Below, piece by piece: positions 48,511 through 57,706 of a stretch of DNA of 64,000 bases. This DNA is from an uncultured virus (IMG/VR IMGVR_UViG_2663763181_000001) (taxonomy: Duplodnaviria > Heunggongvirae > Uroviricota > Caudoviricetes), in the IMG/VR virus record IMGVR_UViG_2663763181_000001; one strand, written 5' to 3'. Below the pieces are notes generated by a model that saw only the letters and a list, made by a program, of their open reading frames with translations, did not search any database and had not been told where the DNA came from. Position 1 is the first letter of the stretch; every line of letters starts with the position of its first letter. The position numbers were made by a program, and so were the translations under genes.

Positions 48511-49943
48511 GTTGCCCCCGAAATATCAGCAGTACGTTCCAATTCAACAGTGATACTGTCTTTGGTCACATATACCCACTCATTAGGCTTATTCAACTCA
48601 TTTGATAGCATAATGGTAAAGTCACTCATCCGGTCTTGGAATGCGACAATATTGTCATTAATCAGCTTTCCCATTTCCTGAGTATTAAAGCCATTAACAA
48701 GCCAACGACTTGAGCTCAATGATTCACGCCCGTATCGCTCTACAAGTAACTCTTTAATCTGTGTTTTAACCATATCAGTATTATGAACAGAAGCTAATGA
48801 GCCTTTAATTTTTACTTCAATTGGCTTTTCAACAACTTCATGTACATTCACTTTACCTTCATACAAGTTATCGCAAAAACCAATATATCGACAGATATCT
48901 TGTTCTAAGGTAGCTTGTTCAGCAGGGTTCTTTGCGACCACTACAATGTTCAAATGATTAATGTCACGGTAAGTAATTGAAAAATGTTGTTCTTGAAGCG
49001 TCTCATTCCACACAGAAATAAACTGGGCCCGTTTCATAAACTTCTTACGGACAGCATAGTCAAAGTTACCGAGAAATACCGCATCTTCATCATAAAGTGA
49101 TGGATAACTTGATAGTAAACGTAACTCCGAAACAGATAATGGGTCTACACCTTGTCTTATCAGCCCACCAGCTTTAAAACGCACTGATACCCGTTGTTCA
49201 TCATTACTGAGGACATCAAGTAAAGCAGCGTCTTTTAAACGAGTTGCGTCTACTTCACCATATGTCTCAAGGATTCCCATTGTCACAGTTTCATTGGCTT
49301 GTAGGGTACGACCTGCTCTCTCAGAGTCACCAAATTCAATAAATACTCTTCTAAGATTATCAGTTGTTACAGTTACAGCATATTCACCAGGTTCAACATT
49401 CATCCACCGAGGCTTAATAACATAGTTGTTATTGCCCTGCTTTACAGAAATATTCGCAAGTGAAAGGTCCTCTAAAAGATCTATTCGATATTTATGAAAC
49501 CCTTCAGTAACTGGTACAACATATTTAATTTCACGGTATTCGCTTTGTTCTGCTATTACTTCCGCCGTTTCACCTGCTTTGACTGTAATCGATTGAATAA
49601 GCCGCCAGACTCTACCGCCACTATGATCTTCAATCATTCGCCCTTGACTTAAGCTCACAGCATTTGTTGACCGGTTGATGATTTCAATTAAGTGCTGACA
49701 CGGCGTACCTATAGGCAAAATGCCTTTATTTGTAGCATCTGCAATAATTGAGCGGTCACGTGTTTTGGTAAATGGTTCAATTGAAGCAATATCGATTTCT
49801 GGACCAAATGCAGTCAAAAAACTAGCCATAGAACGCAGCTGGTGAACGACAAGGGGATCTTGAGCTTTATAGCGTTCCTGAATCTCATAATCATCTATCG
49901 CTGCTTGGAGCTGGGCTTCAAAATCAGCTTGCGTTAATGTCAT
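48498..49943 (-). CDS. Baseplate J-like wedge protein (P1 BplA-like)
   Basis: EPF.KTRDRSI.ADA..KG, FGD...G, G.DP....ELR patterns. Confidence 0.7.
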   Translation of the reverse strand: MTLTQADFEAQLQAAIDDYEIQERYKAQDPLVVHQLRSMASFLTAFGPEIDIASIEPFTKTRDRSIIADATNKGILPIGTPCQHLIEIINRSTNAVSLSQGRMIEDHSGGRVWRLIQSITVKAGETAEVIAEQSEYREIKYVVPVTEGFHKYRIDLLEDLSLANISVKQGNNNYVIKPRWMNVEPGEYAVTVTTDNLRRVFIEFGDSERAGRTLQANETVTMGILETYGEVDATRLKDAALLDVLSNDEQRVSVRFKAGGLIRQGVDPLSVSELRLLSSYPSLYDEDAVFLGNFDYAVRKKFMKRAQFISVWNETLQEQHFSITYRDINHLNIVVVAKNPAEQATLEQDICRYIGFCDNLYEGKVNVHEVVEKPIEVKIKGSLASVHNTDMVKTQIKELLVERYGRESLSSSRWLVNGFNTQEMGKLINDNIVAFQDRMSDFTIMLSNELNKPNEWVYVTKDSITVELERTADISGATWTL

Positions 49944-50262
49944 ATGTCTCACCTGTTACTGATTTACCCAATCGGTCTGCTACTTGGTTAAGATCTATAT
50001 TCACATTCATGATGCTTAAATGAATATGAACCGTCTCAAATCCTTCGGTTTGTGAATACAGTGCTAGTTGGTCAGAGTTAAGCTCAGATAATATTGGTAG
50101 ATCCTTTTTCATCTTAATAAGAAAACTATCTGCCACCCTCGAGTCTAAAGGTGCCATTAGCAAATCATAAAGAGGTGCACCAAAGTCAGAACCATACTTC
50201 CCATTGACCGGATGATTAAGCCAGTACTCAACCATGTCTAAAATTGTTTTAGATGTGATCAT
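49924..50262 (-). CDS. Baseplate gp25/gpW-like protein
   Basis: WL..P.....GSDFG..L..LL motif; upstream of the J-like gene. Confidence 0.6.
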   Translation of the reverse strand: MITSKTILDMVEYWLNHPVNGKYGSDFGAPLYDLLMAPLDSRVADSFLIKMKKDLPILSELNSDQLALYSQTEGFETVHIHLSIMNVNIDLNQVADRLGKSVTGETYDINAS

Positions 50263-50618
50263 TAAGAAGTTGCTCTATTACTGAAAATCATCAAAAGCTT
50301 TACTAGTATTGCGGTGCCAATCTGATAAGTTGAAAAAATGGTGAAATAGATTATGAATATCCATAATGAAACGCTTAATGCATCAAAATATGAAGCAACG
50401 TTATAGATTCTCCAATCAACAAGAATAATAGTGATCAATACACATGCCATACTTATGAAATACATATATCTGATTTCTTTAAATAAGAGGCTTATAGGCA
50501 CATGACGGAATTGTTTAATATACGCAGCTTTATTCTTGCTATTCCATCCAGTAACAACGGAAAGATAAGCTAAAAATGCAAGAATTAAGACAATATCAAT
50601 ACCGATTTGAATTTGCAT
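50262..50618 (-). CDS. Membrane protein (3 TM) in the baseplate operon
   Basis: Start MQIQIG at 50618 after AGGGTG RBS and late motif; the longer 50792 start would run through the promoter/sRNA. Confidence 0.65.
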   Translation of the reverse strand: MQIQIGIDIVLILAFLAYLSVVTGWNSKNKAAYIKQFRHVPISLLFKEIRYMYFISMACVLITIILVDWRIYNVASYFDALSVSLWIFIIYFTIFSTYQIGTAILVKLLMIFSNRATS

Positions 50619-50691
50619 AAAAAACACCCTTAATAAGAACTGTATTAAGGGTATTGCTTTTGTATTTATGTAAGCGTGAATGGTTCCAGAT

Positions 50692-50720
50692 TTGAAAATA
50701 GGAAAAGCATGGATTATTAT
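50692..50720 (+). promoter_or_regulatory. Sigma70 promoter for the sRNA
   Basis: TTGAAA-N17-TATTAT; +1 expected near 50727. Confidence 0.65.
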
Positions 50721-50726
50721 ATATAC

Positions 50727-50818
50727 AAAGCCCGCTCCACTTATGACACGAGAACGTATAGGGTCATAAGTGTAGGTTAGAAGATGTCGCAACCCATCTC
50801 TAACTACCGGGCTTTTTT
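50727..50818 (+). ncRNA. Candidate ~90-nt structured small RNA (three-way junction)
   Basis: AAAGCCCG/CGGGCTTT closing stem, CACTTATGAC/GTCATAAGTG, GTTAG-AGATG/CATCT-CTAAC stems, terminal U-tract. Confidence 0.6.
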
Positions 50819-51758
50819 AATGCACTTCAAAAGCTGTAAGCAGCCATGCATTACTACCTTCTCGCTTAATCAATGACGCTTCATGCGAATTAAATACAAT
50901 ATTTATTCTTGTAGATAATCCACGTTCTGTACGCCGTTGTGTACTACCTTGAGCGATTGTTTGCACAATAGTATCCACAAGCATATGCACAACTTCATCA
51001 TATGTCATGCCATCACTTTCCATACGGCGCTTGATAATATGCTTAATACCCTGTTTTTCACTGCCATACTCAAAATCTACCCAGCCTAGATCATTACGAT
51101 ACATTGCTCTATGCACTGTGGTTTTTTCCATAATGGCTTTGTTCATTGCAGCTTTACCACGCGTGATATTTGCTGTAACTGATTTGATTGGACTCGCACT
51201 ATCAAATTCAGGCTTTCCCAGTTCGGATTGACCAGCCTCCGAACTTATACCCAGTTGTTGCTTAGCTTGTTCAATTTGTTCCTTCAGTTGGTCACGCTGA
51301 GCGGTTTGTTTTGCTAAATCTTCATCTAGCTTTTGTTCTTGTTCTTGTACTTCTTTAATTTTCTGATCTACAGAAGTACGGCGCGGCGGTAAGCTTACTT
51401 TTTCACGCTTATTTTGTTCTTGGATTTTAGATTGTGCTTCACGGATAAGTTTAGCAACACAACTTATGGCGTTTTCAAATGTTGGCTTATAGTCATCACT
51501 AAAATCGCCAGATAGAACAATTACTTTATCATTCAGTTCGGCCTTCACTACATCTGCTAAAGCACGAATATAAAGTGTGAGCGTAGCGCCACCTGAAAAG
51601 AAAAATGCTACTGGTAAAACGCTAACACCAGCAACGCGCTTAATTTTGCGAAATTCTGGTGTAACAATCGTTTGGCCTGTTGCTTTTTCTAATGCCGATT
51701 GGATCTTTTTAATGTATGGAGTAGTAGCTGTTATAGCTGCAAGATTAAGACTGCCCAT
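50817..51758 (-). CDS. Hdf/DarA-N-like protein fused to a C-terminal PBECR (barnase/EndoU/colicin/RelE-like) nuclease domain
   Basis: IKRVAGVSVLPV.F.F..G..L.L N-terminal domain, coiled coil, LG.VDF.YG...GIKHII.RR...WLLTAF. Confidence 0.65.
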   Translation of the reverse strand: MGSLNLAAITATTPYIKKIQSALEKATGQTIVTPEFRKIKRVAGVSVLPVAFFFSGGATLTLYIRALADVVKAELNDKVIVLSGDFSDDYKPTFENAISCVAKLIREAQSKIQEQNKREKVSLPPRRTSVDQKIKEVQEQEQKLDEDLAKQTAQRDQLKEQIEQAKQQLGISSEAGQSELGKPEFDSASPIKSVTANITRGKAAMNKAIMEKTTVHRAMYRNDLGWVDFEYGSEKQGIKHIIKRRMESDGMTYDEVVHMLVDTIVQTIAQGSTQRRTERGLSTRINIVFNSHEASLIKREGSNAWLLTAFEVH

Positions 51759-51911
51759 GAAAAATAACCTCATTAAAATGTGATTATTTTGCGATTAATC
51801 AAATTTATGAGGTCAATGAGGTTCCATAATAAACTTTAGTAAATTTAATTATTGAAAATATTTTAGAGATCTAAGAATATCTTTGATAAATTAAAAATTT
51901 GAGTAATATGC

Positions 51912-53633
51912 ATGCTACAAATATGTACAGGTAAATTATTTTCTAAAGATATTGAATATAGAAATAATTTGAAGGGAATTATTTATACAAATTTAAAATT
52001 ATTTCGAGATGAAAAAATTCAAACTAAAGCTGGCTCAATAGTTTACGCTGAGAATGCAAGTAGTCCAAATACAGTAATCTATGAAATAGAAGAACTAATT
52101 GAAGAAAGTGAACGTAAACCTGGCCTTCTTATTTCTCACGGTATCAATTCTTTAATATTAGATTTTTCAGCCATTCTTTCCTTTGCTCTAAATTGTACAG
52201 CTTCGCCAAGTCATTCATTAACAGAAAGATTACTTAGTGAGCAAGAAGGTGTTTCTACTCAAAGATCACCAAATAAAATGATTAAAACAGTTTTTGACAA
52301 AAATATTTTTTGTTCTGAAGAAAGCCAAAAGTTTTTTATCAACTTTACAAATCACTTAATTGGCCTTGAACGCAAAACTTATATAGGTGTAATGAGCTCT
52401 ATTCGTACCTATGTTACAGGTATGCATAGAATCGCAGATGACTATGAATTAGCATACACTCTACTTGTTGCATCTATTGAATCACTTGCACAAAATTTTG
52501 ATGGTCACCAATCAACTTGGGAGGACTATGATCAGAATAAAAAGAAGATAATTGATGAAGCTTTAAAGGGATGTGATGAAGATATTTCTGAAAAGGTTAG
52601 AGAGGCTATTTTAAGTATAGAACATACCTCTTTACGAAAAAGATTCCAAGCTTTTGCACTTGAACATGTTTCTCCCACTTTTTTTAGAGAGGAAGCGGAT
52701 TTTGCAATTAATCCTATCTCTAGATTAGATTTACCCACTGCTCTCAACAATGCATATCAAGCTAGATCTAAATATGTCCATAATTTAATAAAATTACCAA
52801 AACTATTAACCTTAGGTGAATATTCTGAATTTTGCATTATAAAAGAGAAAAGATGGTTAACCCTTCAAGGTTTATCAAGACTTGCAAGACATGTAATTAT
52901 TCAATTCGTTCTGAAGCAAGAGACTGTTGAAAATGAACCCTATGATTATTCATTAGAGCGATCAAATATTTTACAAGTACATTTAGCACCTCAACATTGG
53001 ATTGCTGCACCAGACTTTAGTGTAGGTGCGGGAGTTCAGAAATTGGAAGGGTTTCTTTCTCAACTAAGAGATTGTTTTACAAATGTTCCTAATGCAAGTG
53101 TAACTGACTTAACAAGCGTTTTAGATGAGTTGGAGTTAAAAATTGATACATTAAAACAGGATGATAAAAAAGCTTTTCTTGCCCTTTACATTCTATATTA
53201 CACCTATTTAAAAGACACATACAAAGATAATGAAAAACGAATAAAAAAAGTGGAAAGATTTATTAAGAAACATGAGAAGAAGTTTGCTAATCCTAGCGTA
53301 GAAGGACTTATTGTTAAAACTTTGCTAATTCTACCTTTTAAATGGAATATTGAAGAACACGAGAAATATTTAAAACAATATTTTAGTGACCGAGATAAAA
53401 AAAATAAAATAAGATGCCCAGATATTTTTGAATCAGGAATGATTCTTCAATTAGCCGAACGTTATAGAGAAGCTGGGAATGAAAAGAAAGTACTCGAACT
53501 AATTGACTTGGCAGTTGAAAACCTTCCCGCACATAAGATGTTACGCAACTTTGAAAAAGAATATAAAAAAAATTCACAACCTTTTGATAGCAAGGATATT
53601 TTATTTCCTCTGGAAGAAGACATAAAGGCATAA
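51912..53633 (+). CDS. Moron: ApeA-like HEPN protein, candidate anti-phage RNase
   Basis: LLVASIESLA...AYQARSKYVH (RxxxxH); opposite strand; AT-rich. Confidence 0.65.
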   Translation: MLQICTGKLFSKDIEYRNNLKGIIYTNLKLFRDEKIQTKAGSIVYAENASSPNTVIYEIEELIEESERKPGLLISHGINSLILDFSAILSFALNCTASPSHSLTERLLSEQEGVSTQRSPNKMIKTVFDKNIFCSEESQKFFINFTNHLIGLERKTYIGVMSSIRTYVTGMHRIADDYELAYTLLVASIESLAQNFDGHQSTWEDYDQNKKKIIDEALKGCDEDISEKVREAILSIEHTSLRKRFQAFALEHVSPTFFREEADFAINPISRLDLPTALNNAYQARSKYVHNLIKLPKLLTLGEYSEFCIIKEKRWLTLQGLSRLARHVIIQFVLKQETVENEPYDYSLERSNILQVHLAPQHWIAAPDFSVGAGVQKLEGFLSQLRDCFTNVPNASVTDLTSVLDELELKIDTLKQDDKKAFLALYILYYTYLKDTYKDNEKRIKKVERFIKKHEKKFANPSVEGLIVKTLLILPFKWNIEEHEKYLKQYFSDRDKKNKIRCPDIFESGMILQLAERYREAGNEKKVLELIDLAVENLPAHKMLRNFEKEYKKNSQPFDSKDILFPLEEDIKA

Positions 53634-53654
53634 TTTATTTATATTAATTTATGT

Positions 53655-53695
53655 ATATTAAAGTTCTCATGTTTTTATAATGAGAACTTTAATAT
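53655..53695. terminator. 16-bp perfect hairpin between convergent genes
   Basis: ATATTAAAGTTCTCAT-N9-ATGAGAACTTTAATAT. Confidence 0.7.
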
Positions 53696-53726
53696 TTTAT
53701 TTGGCAGTGCCATTATGAATGAAAAA

Positions 53727-54125
53727 TTATATACATCCAGGTTCGTTACCTGATCTGCACTCTTGCATTTCTTGTAATTCTTTAATTCGTGATTCCGTCT
53801 TTTCCACTAAACATGCATTAAGTACAAAAGGATATAAAGAACCCTTTAGCACTGGTGAGGATTGAAATTGACAATCTTTTTCTTTGTATTGAATCCAAGC
53901 TCTTTGAGCTTCTTTCAATTGAAGTTTCTCTGTTGGGTTAAGCTCTTTCATATAATTTGCATAAACAGAATTAATTTTCTGATTTGCAGAATTCAAAACA
54001 TTTGATGAGCAATTATTTAAAGCCGACTGATTTGGCAAATTTGAGCATTTATCTATACCAGCAAAAGTAACTGAACAAGTAATCGTGCTCATAATTAAAA
54101 AAGTAATTCTCATGAATTTATACAT
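53727..54125 (-). CDS. LprI/DUF1311 lysozyme-inhibitor family secreted protein
   Basis: Signal peptide; Q..LN.C, LKEAQRAWIQYKEKDC, C.......RIKEL. Confidence 0.85.
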   Translation of the reverse strand: MYKFMRITFLIMSTITCSVTFAGIDKCSNLPNQSALNNCSSNVLNSANQKINSVYANYMKELNPTEKLQLKEAQRAWIQYKEKDCQFQSSPVLKGSLYPFVLNACLVEKTESRIKELQEMQECRSGNEPGCI

Positions 54126-54145
54126 CTAATTGCTCCACTCTTAAT

Positions 54146-54967
54146 TTATTTATATCTATCTTTAGTACATGGCAGCCAATTCAAATCATTTCCTGCAGCC
54201 TTCTCGTTTTCTGAGCCCCAACACCATCCGCCATTTTTAATATCGACATATAAAGTATCTCTTTCTTCACAACTTTCAATAGTTTTCGGGTCATCACCCG
54301 AACCACCACGGCATGAATCATTGAGCTTTTCATATTGGAGAATTTTGTCTTGAATGATTTTAGGAATTTCAGAAGATTGTTTTTTTAAATAATCGTTAAT
54401 ACCTTGTATTGATAGTTCGCCAGCTTGATAAAAATGAACATATATAATTGGTAACTCTTCAATTTGGTTAGTTGTTGGGTTTGTATAAGTAAAAACGTCT
54501 GACGGCGCAACAGTGCCCTTAAATGCAATTATGTCGCCTTCTATAACCCTTGCTTGTACATTTGGATCAAAAACTAAAACAACTAAATTACCATCAAAAT
54601 TAGCTTTATTTGCCAGTACCCCATATAAACCAGCTTTTTGATTTATTAATGGCCTTGAGGATGCCAAAGCCAAAGTATGATTATCAACCTTCTGAATTGA
54701 TTCGATACTCGCTGCACCTATTAATTTTGTACCTACATCATAATCATGAAATCTAATTCCTCTATAGGTTTTGTCGTCATTTATTAAAATACTTTGATTC
54801 AAAAAATCAGATTCATTTAAAGATGTAAAATCGTAAGTTGCTTCCGCTTTAACGGGTTCTTGCATTGCTGAGTTAGATCCTTCAGCTGGTTGCTCATTAT
54901 TTTTATTACAACCAGCTAATGCAAGCATAGTAATTAATACCGTTAAATTTAAAGCTCTAAGAGTCAT
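54146..54967 (-). CDS. Lipoprotein of unknown function
   Basis: Lipobox LAGC; C-terminal CRGGSGD...C..RD...GWCWG motif. Confidence 0.75.
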   Translation of the reverse strand: MTLRALNLTVLITMLALAGCNKNNEQPAEGSNSAMQEPVKAEATYDFTSLNESDFLNQSILINDDKTYRGIRFHDYDVGTKLIGAASIESIQKVDNHTLALASSRPLINQKAGLYGVLANKANFDGNLVVLVFDPNVQARVIEGDIIAFKGTVAPSDVFTYTNPTTNQIEELPIIYVHFYQAGELSIQGINDYLKKQSSEIPKIIQDKILQYEKLNDSCRGGSGDDPKTIESCEERDTLYVDIKNGGWCWGSENEKAAGNDLNWLPCTKDRYK

Positions 54968-54974
54968 TAATAAA

Positions 54975-57218
54975 CTAACCTTCTAAGTTTCCCATTCCTA
55001 TCCCACCAGTTAAAGCATGTGCTAGGAATCTATCATTTACATTCTGACCGATATTACCATTATTACCATTAACAACAACGACTTCCTGAGGATTTGGAGT
55101 ATTAAGTGGCTGTTTAAAAGCTGGTACTTTTGTTATAGGAGTACTTTTTAGACTAGTACCACTTGAGCTAAGATCCCTTTTTGAAGTTGGTATATGTGGA
55201 GTTTGAGAGCTTAAAACGCCTGAGAGTTTTCTACTTGTTTGGTTATAGATATTTCCTTGCTTTGGCTCAATGCCAGAAGCACTCTTCACTGTTTTAGCTT
55301 CTACATCTTTTAATGTTTTAGAGTTATCTTGCTTATCTGTAAGTAGAGATCTTTTGCCTGCATCAACATGGATATTTTGTGCCATTGCTGAACGTTTCAT
55401 AGCTTCAGCTTCAACTGCTGCAGGTCGTTCATAATATCGGGAGACAATAGCACCGGCTTGATTAGCGGATTTAGATTGTCTTAACTTTTTACCTGCAGAT
55501 GATTCATTGTTATTTAATTCCCAGTTCACAAAAGCTAATTGTTCTTGATATGAGGATTGACGAATATCTTTACCAAACTTTTGTTTAAATTTTGCTTGTC
55601 TATCAGGATGCCATTGACCAATTCCAAAAGCTTTACCATTATCACCAATAGCCGTATGTTTAAAGCCACTTTCTGCTTCAAGATTCGCAACTATTCCAGC
55701 AGCTTGCTCTGGTGTCCAATTTCCTCCTTCCTTACTTGTGAAAAACTTTAATGCCTCATCTCTAGCAGCTGATCGATTAACTGGTTGTGCAATTGTAGCG
55801 CCATATTGAGCTACACCAGCATTTGCTCCAAAACCCGGCTTATAAACTCCTTGACCGATTCCCCATGTTGGAACGCCTTCATGAAATGGATTAAACCGGT
55901 TAAATTTATCCTTAATGAAGTCTAAGGCATCACCAGCAGTATCTTTAACGCCGTCTATAACTTTTGAAGCAGTACCTTTCGCCTGATCAAAAGCATTAGA
56001 CGCATAGCTTACAAATCCTTTCCAAGCAGTATTAATAATACTTGGTACATCTGCAGCAATTAATGAATCGGTCCATTCTTTAAAATACGGCGCAACTGCG
56101 GTACCTAGCTTATTACCTATCCAAGAACCAGCCATACCACCAATCAAAGTACCAGCTGGACCAAATAAAGACCCGACAGTACCACCAATTACTCCACCTG
56201 CAAGACTACCAACGGTACCGCCCTTTTCTTGTGTACTTTGTTCATTCCAATCTAACAATGATGCACCAGCAGCCAGTGCACCAATTACGGGTAGACCACG
56301 TCCAAACTTGAGAAGTTTACCCAAGCCCTTTCCTAATTTCCCTACACCTTTCTTTCCTTTGCCTAGAACACCGCCTAGAAGCCCACTGCCAGCAGATAGA
56401 GCTGTAGAAAGTAATTTCCCTAGTGAACCTAACAAACCACCCTTAGAAGCTAAATTATCGGCAATACGCTGCAATAACTTTATTTGTTTGCGGTTATGGT
56501 TCTCTTGTTCACGAGGTAATGGCTCATTTCGCTTTTTACTACGCATTAATCCAGTTAATGGCCGCAAAGCTAATCCTGCTGCACGGCGTACAGGTGAAAG
56601 TAAATGACTAACTTCATTGATAGCATCAACTGTAGGATCTACACCTTGTGGTGAGTTCGGCATTACCCCTTTAATCGCCGTAGATATCGTTTGGGCAACT
56701 TTACGAATCGATGATTGGTTTTGGGGTTCATTTGGATTAGATACAAAACGGCCCTTTTCATCACGCTCAGGAACAGTAGGATTTACAATTTTTGATAAGT
56801 CTTCATGACTATTAATTTCTATAGCTGGCTTTCGTCCTTTAGCATTGTTGATTTGTTTTTTATCTACTGTAGTAAGGTCAATAACTGATTGGTCCAAAAC
56901 ATCAGCAAAGTCTTTGACTATCTTGTCTGCTACAACAAAAGACTGTGTAACAGGATTTGCTTTTCCTTTTAATAAATCTTCAAATTCTAAAGGTGGTCTA
57001 TTATTGATAGCATTTAGCATCTTTTGAAATTCAGTCAGTTTTGTCTGAGGCTTAGCAAACTGTGCTTTTTGCTCTTCAAAGCTTTGAGTAAGAATTTCGA
57101 TAATCTTTTCAATATTCGAATCAATCGTACTTACTTTTTTTTCAACTCGTTTCATCCCGATGATGAAGCCCAGCTCATCGTAAGATAAAACTGGATTATT
57201 GTGATTTGAATCTGTCAT
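54975..57218 (-). CDS. Tape-measure/injection protein with phage tail lysozyme domain (P1 Sit analogue)
   Basis: QAAGIVANLEAESG...GDNGKAFGIGQWH.DR...YERP; Gly-rich hydrophobic segments. Confidence 0.8.
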   Translation of the reverse strand: MTDSNHNNPVLSYDELGFIIGMKRVEKKVSTIDSNIEKIIEILTQSFEEQKAQFAKPQTKLTEFQKMLNAINNRPPLEFEDLLKGKANPVTQSFVVADKIVKDFADVLDQSVIDLTTVDKKQINNAKGRKPAIEINSHEDLSKIVNPTVPERDEKGRFVSNPNEPQNQSSIRKVAQTISTAIKGVMPNSPQGVDPTVDAINEVSHLLSPVRRAAGLALRPLTGLMRSKKRNEPLPREQENHNRKQIKLLQRIADNLASKGGLLGSLGKLLSTALSAGSGLLGGVLGKGKKGVGKLGKGLGKLLKFGRGLPVIGALAAGASLLDWNEQSTQEKGGTVGSLAGGVIGGTVGSLFGPAGTLIGGMAGSWIGNKLGTAVAPYFKEWTDSLIAADVPSIINTAWKGFVSYASNAFDQAKGTASKVIDGVKDTAGDALDFIKDKFNRFNPFHEGVPTWGIGQGVYKPGFGANAGVAQYGATIAQPVNRSAARDEALKFFTSKEGGNWTPEQAAGIVANLEAESGFKHTAIGDNGKAFGIGQWHPDRQAKFKQKFGKDIRQSSYQEQLAFVNWELNNNESSAGKKLRQSKSANQAGAIVSRYYERPAAVEAEAMKRSAMAQNIHVDAGKRSLLTDKQDNSKTLKDVEAKTVKSASGIEPKQGNIYNQTSRKLSGVLSSQTPHIPTSKRDLSSSGTSLKSTPITKVPAFKQPLNTPNPQEVVVVNGNNGNIGQNVNDRFLAHALTGGIGMGNLEG

Positions 57219-57299
57219 TACAAAAAATGCCCCATATTGATATAGGGCATTATGTTTAGTTTAACTTTTAAAATTATTTCTTAGTTCCAATCCTATTCA

Positions 57300-57563
57300 T
57301 CAATAAACAATATGAAGTACATATTTTTCATTGTCTCTTGAATCTAGGCTTACTTTATAACCCAAGTTTACTAACTCACTTTCAACTTTTTGAATAGTAT
57401 CTAAAGAAGTTCGAGTTTTCAGTGAAGGATAGTAAACTTCACGCTCTCCTAATTTAGCAAGGTTCTCAATATTTCGGTTAATTTCTTCAAGTAAATAACT
57501 TGAAGTAAAAGGTTGAGATGCTTCTGCAATTTTTGCAGCTTCAGCTGCTGTAATGAATGTCAT
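57300..57563 (-). CDS. Hypothetical protein
   Basis: GGAGGT RBS; 87 aa. Confidence 0.7.
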   Translation of the reverse strand: MTFITAAEAAKIAEASQPFTSSYLLEEINRNIENLAKLGEREVYYPSLKTRTSLDTIQKVESELVNLGYKVSLDSRDNEKYVLHIVY

Positions 57564-57706
57564 TTTATGACCTCCAAAAAAGTTTAGATACTTACTAATA
57601 TAGTCATAAGTTTCTTAATTCTCTGGTAATTTTAATAAAAATTCGAAATAAGTGATTATAACTTAAGCAGAACTGCACATTAAATTAAGTCTGGCATTTT
57701 TCCAGC

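Noticed and set aside
50727..50818. Structured RNA as a tRNA gene
   Set aside because: No GTTCRA T-loop, D-loop or CCA end; only two internal arms.
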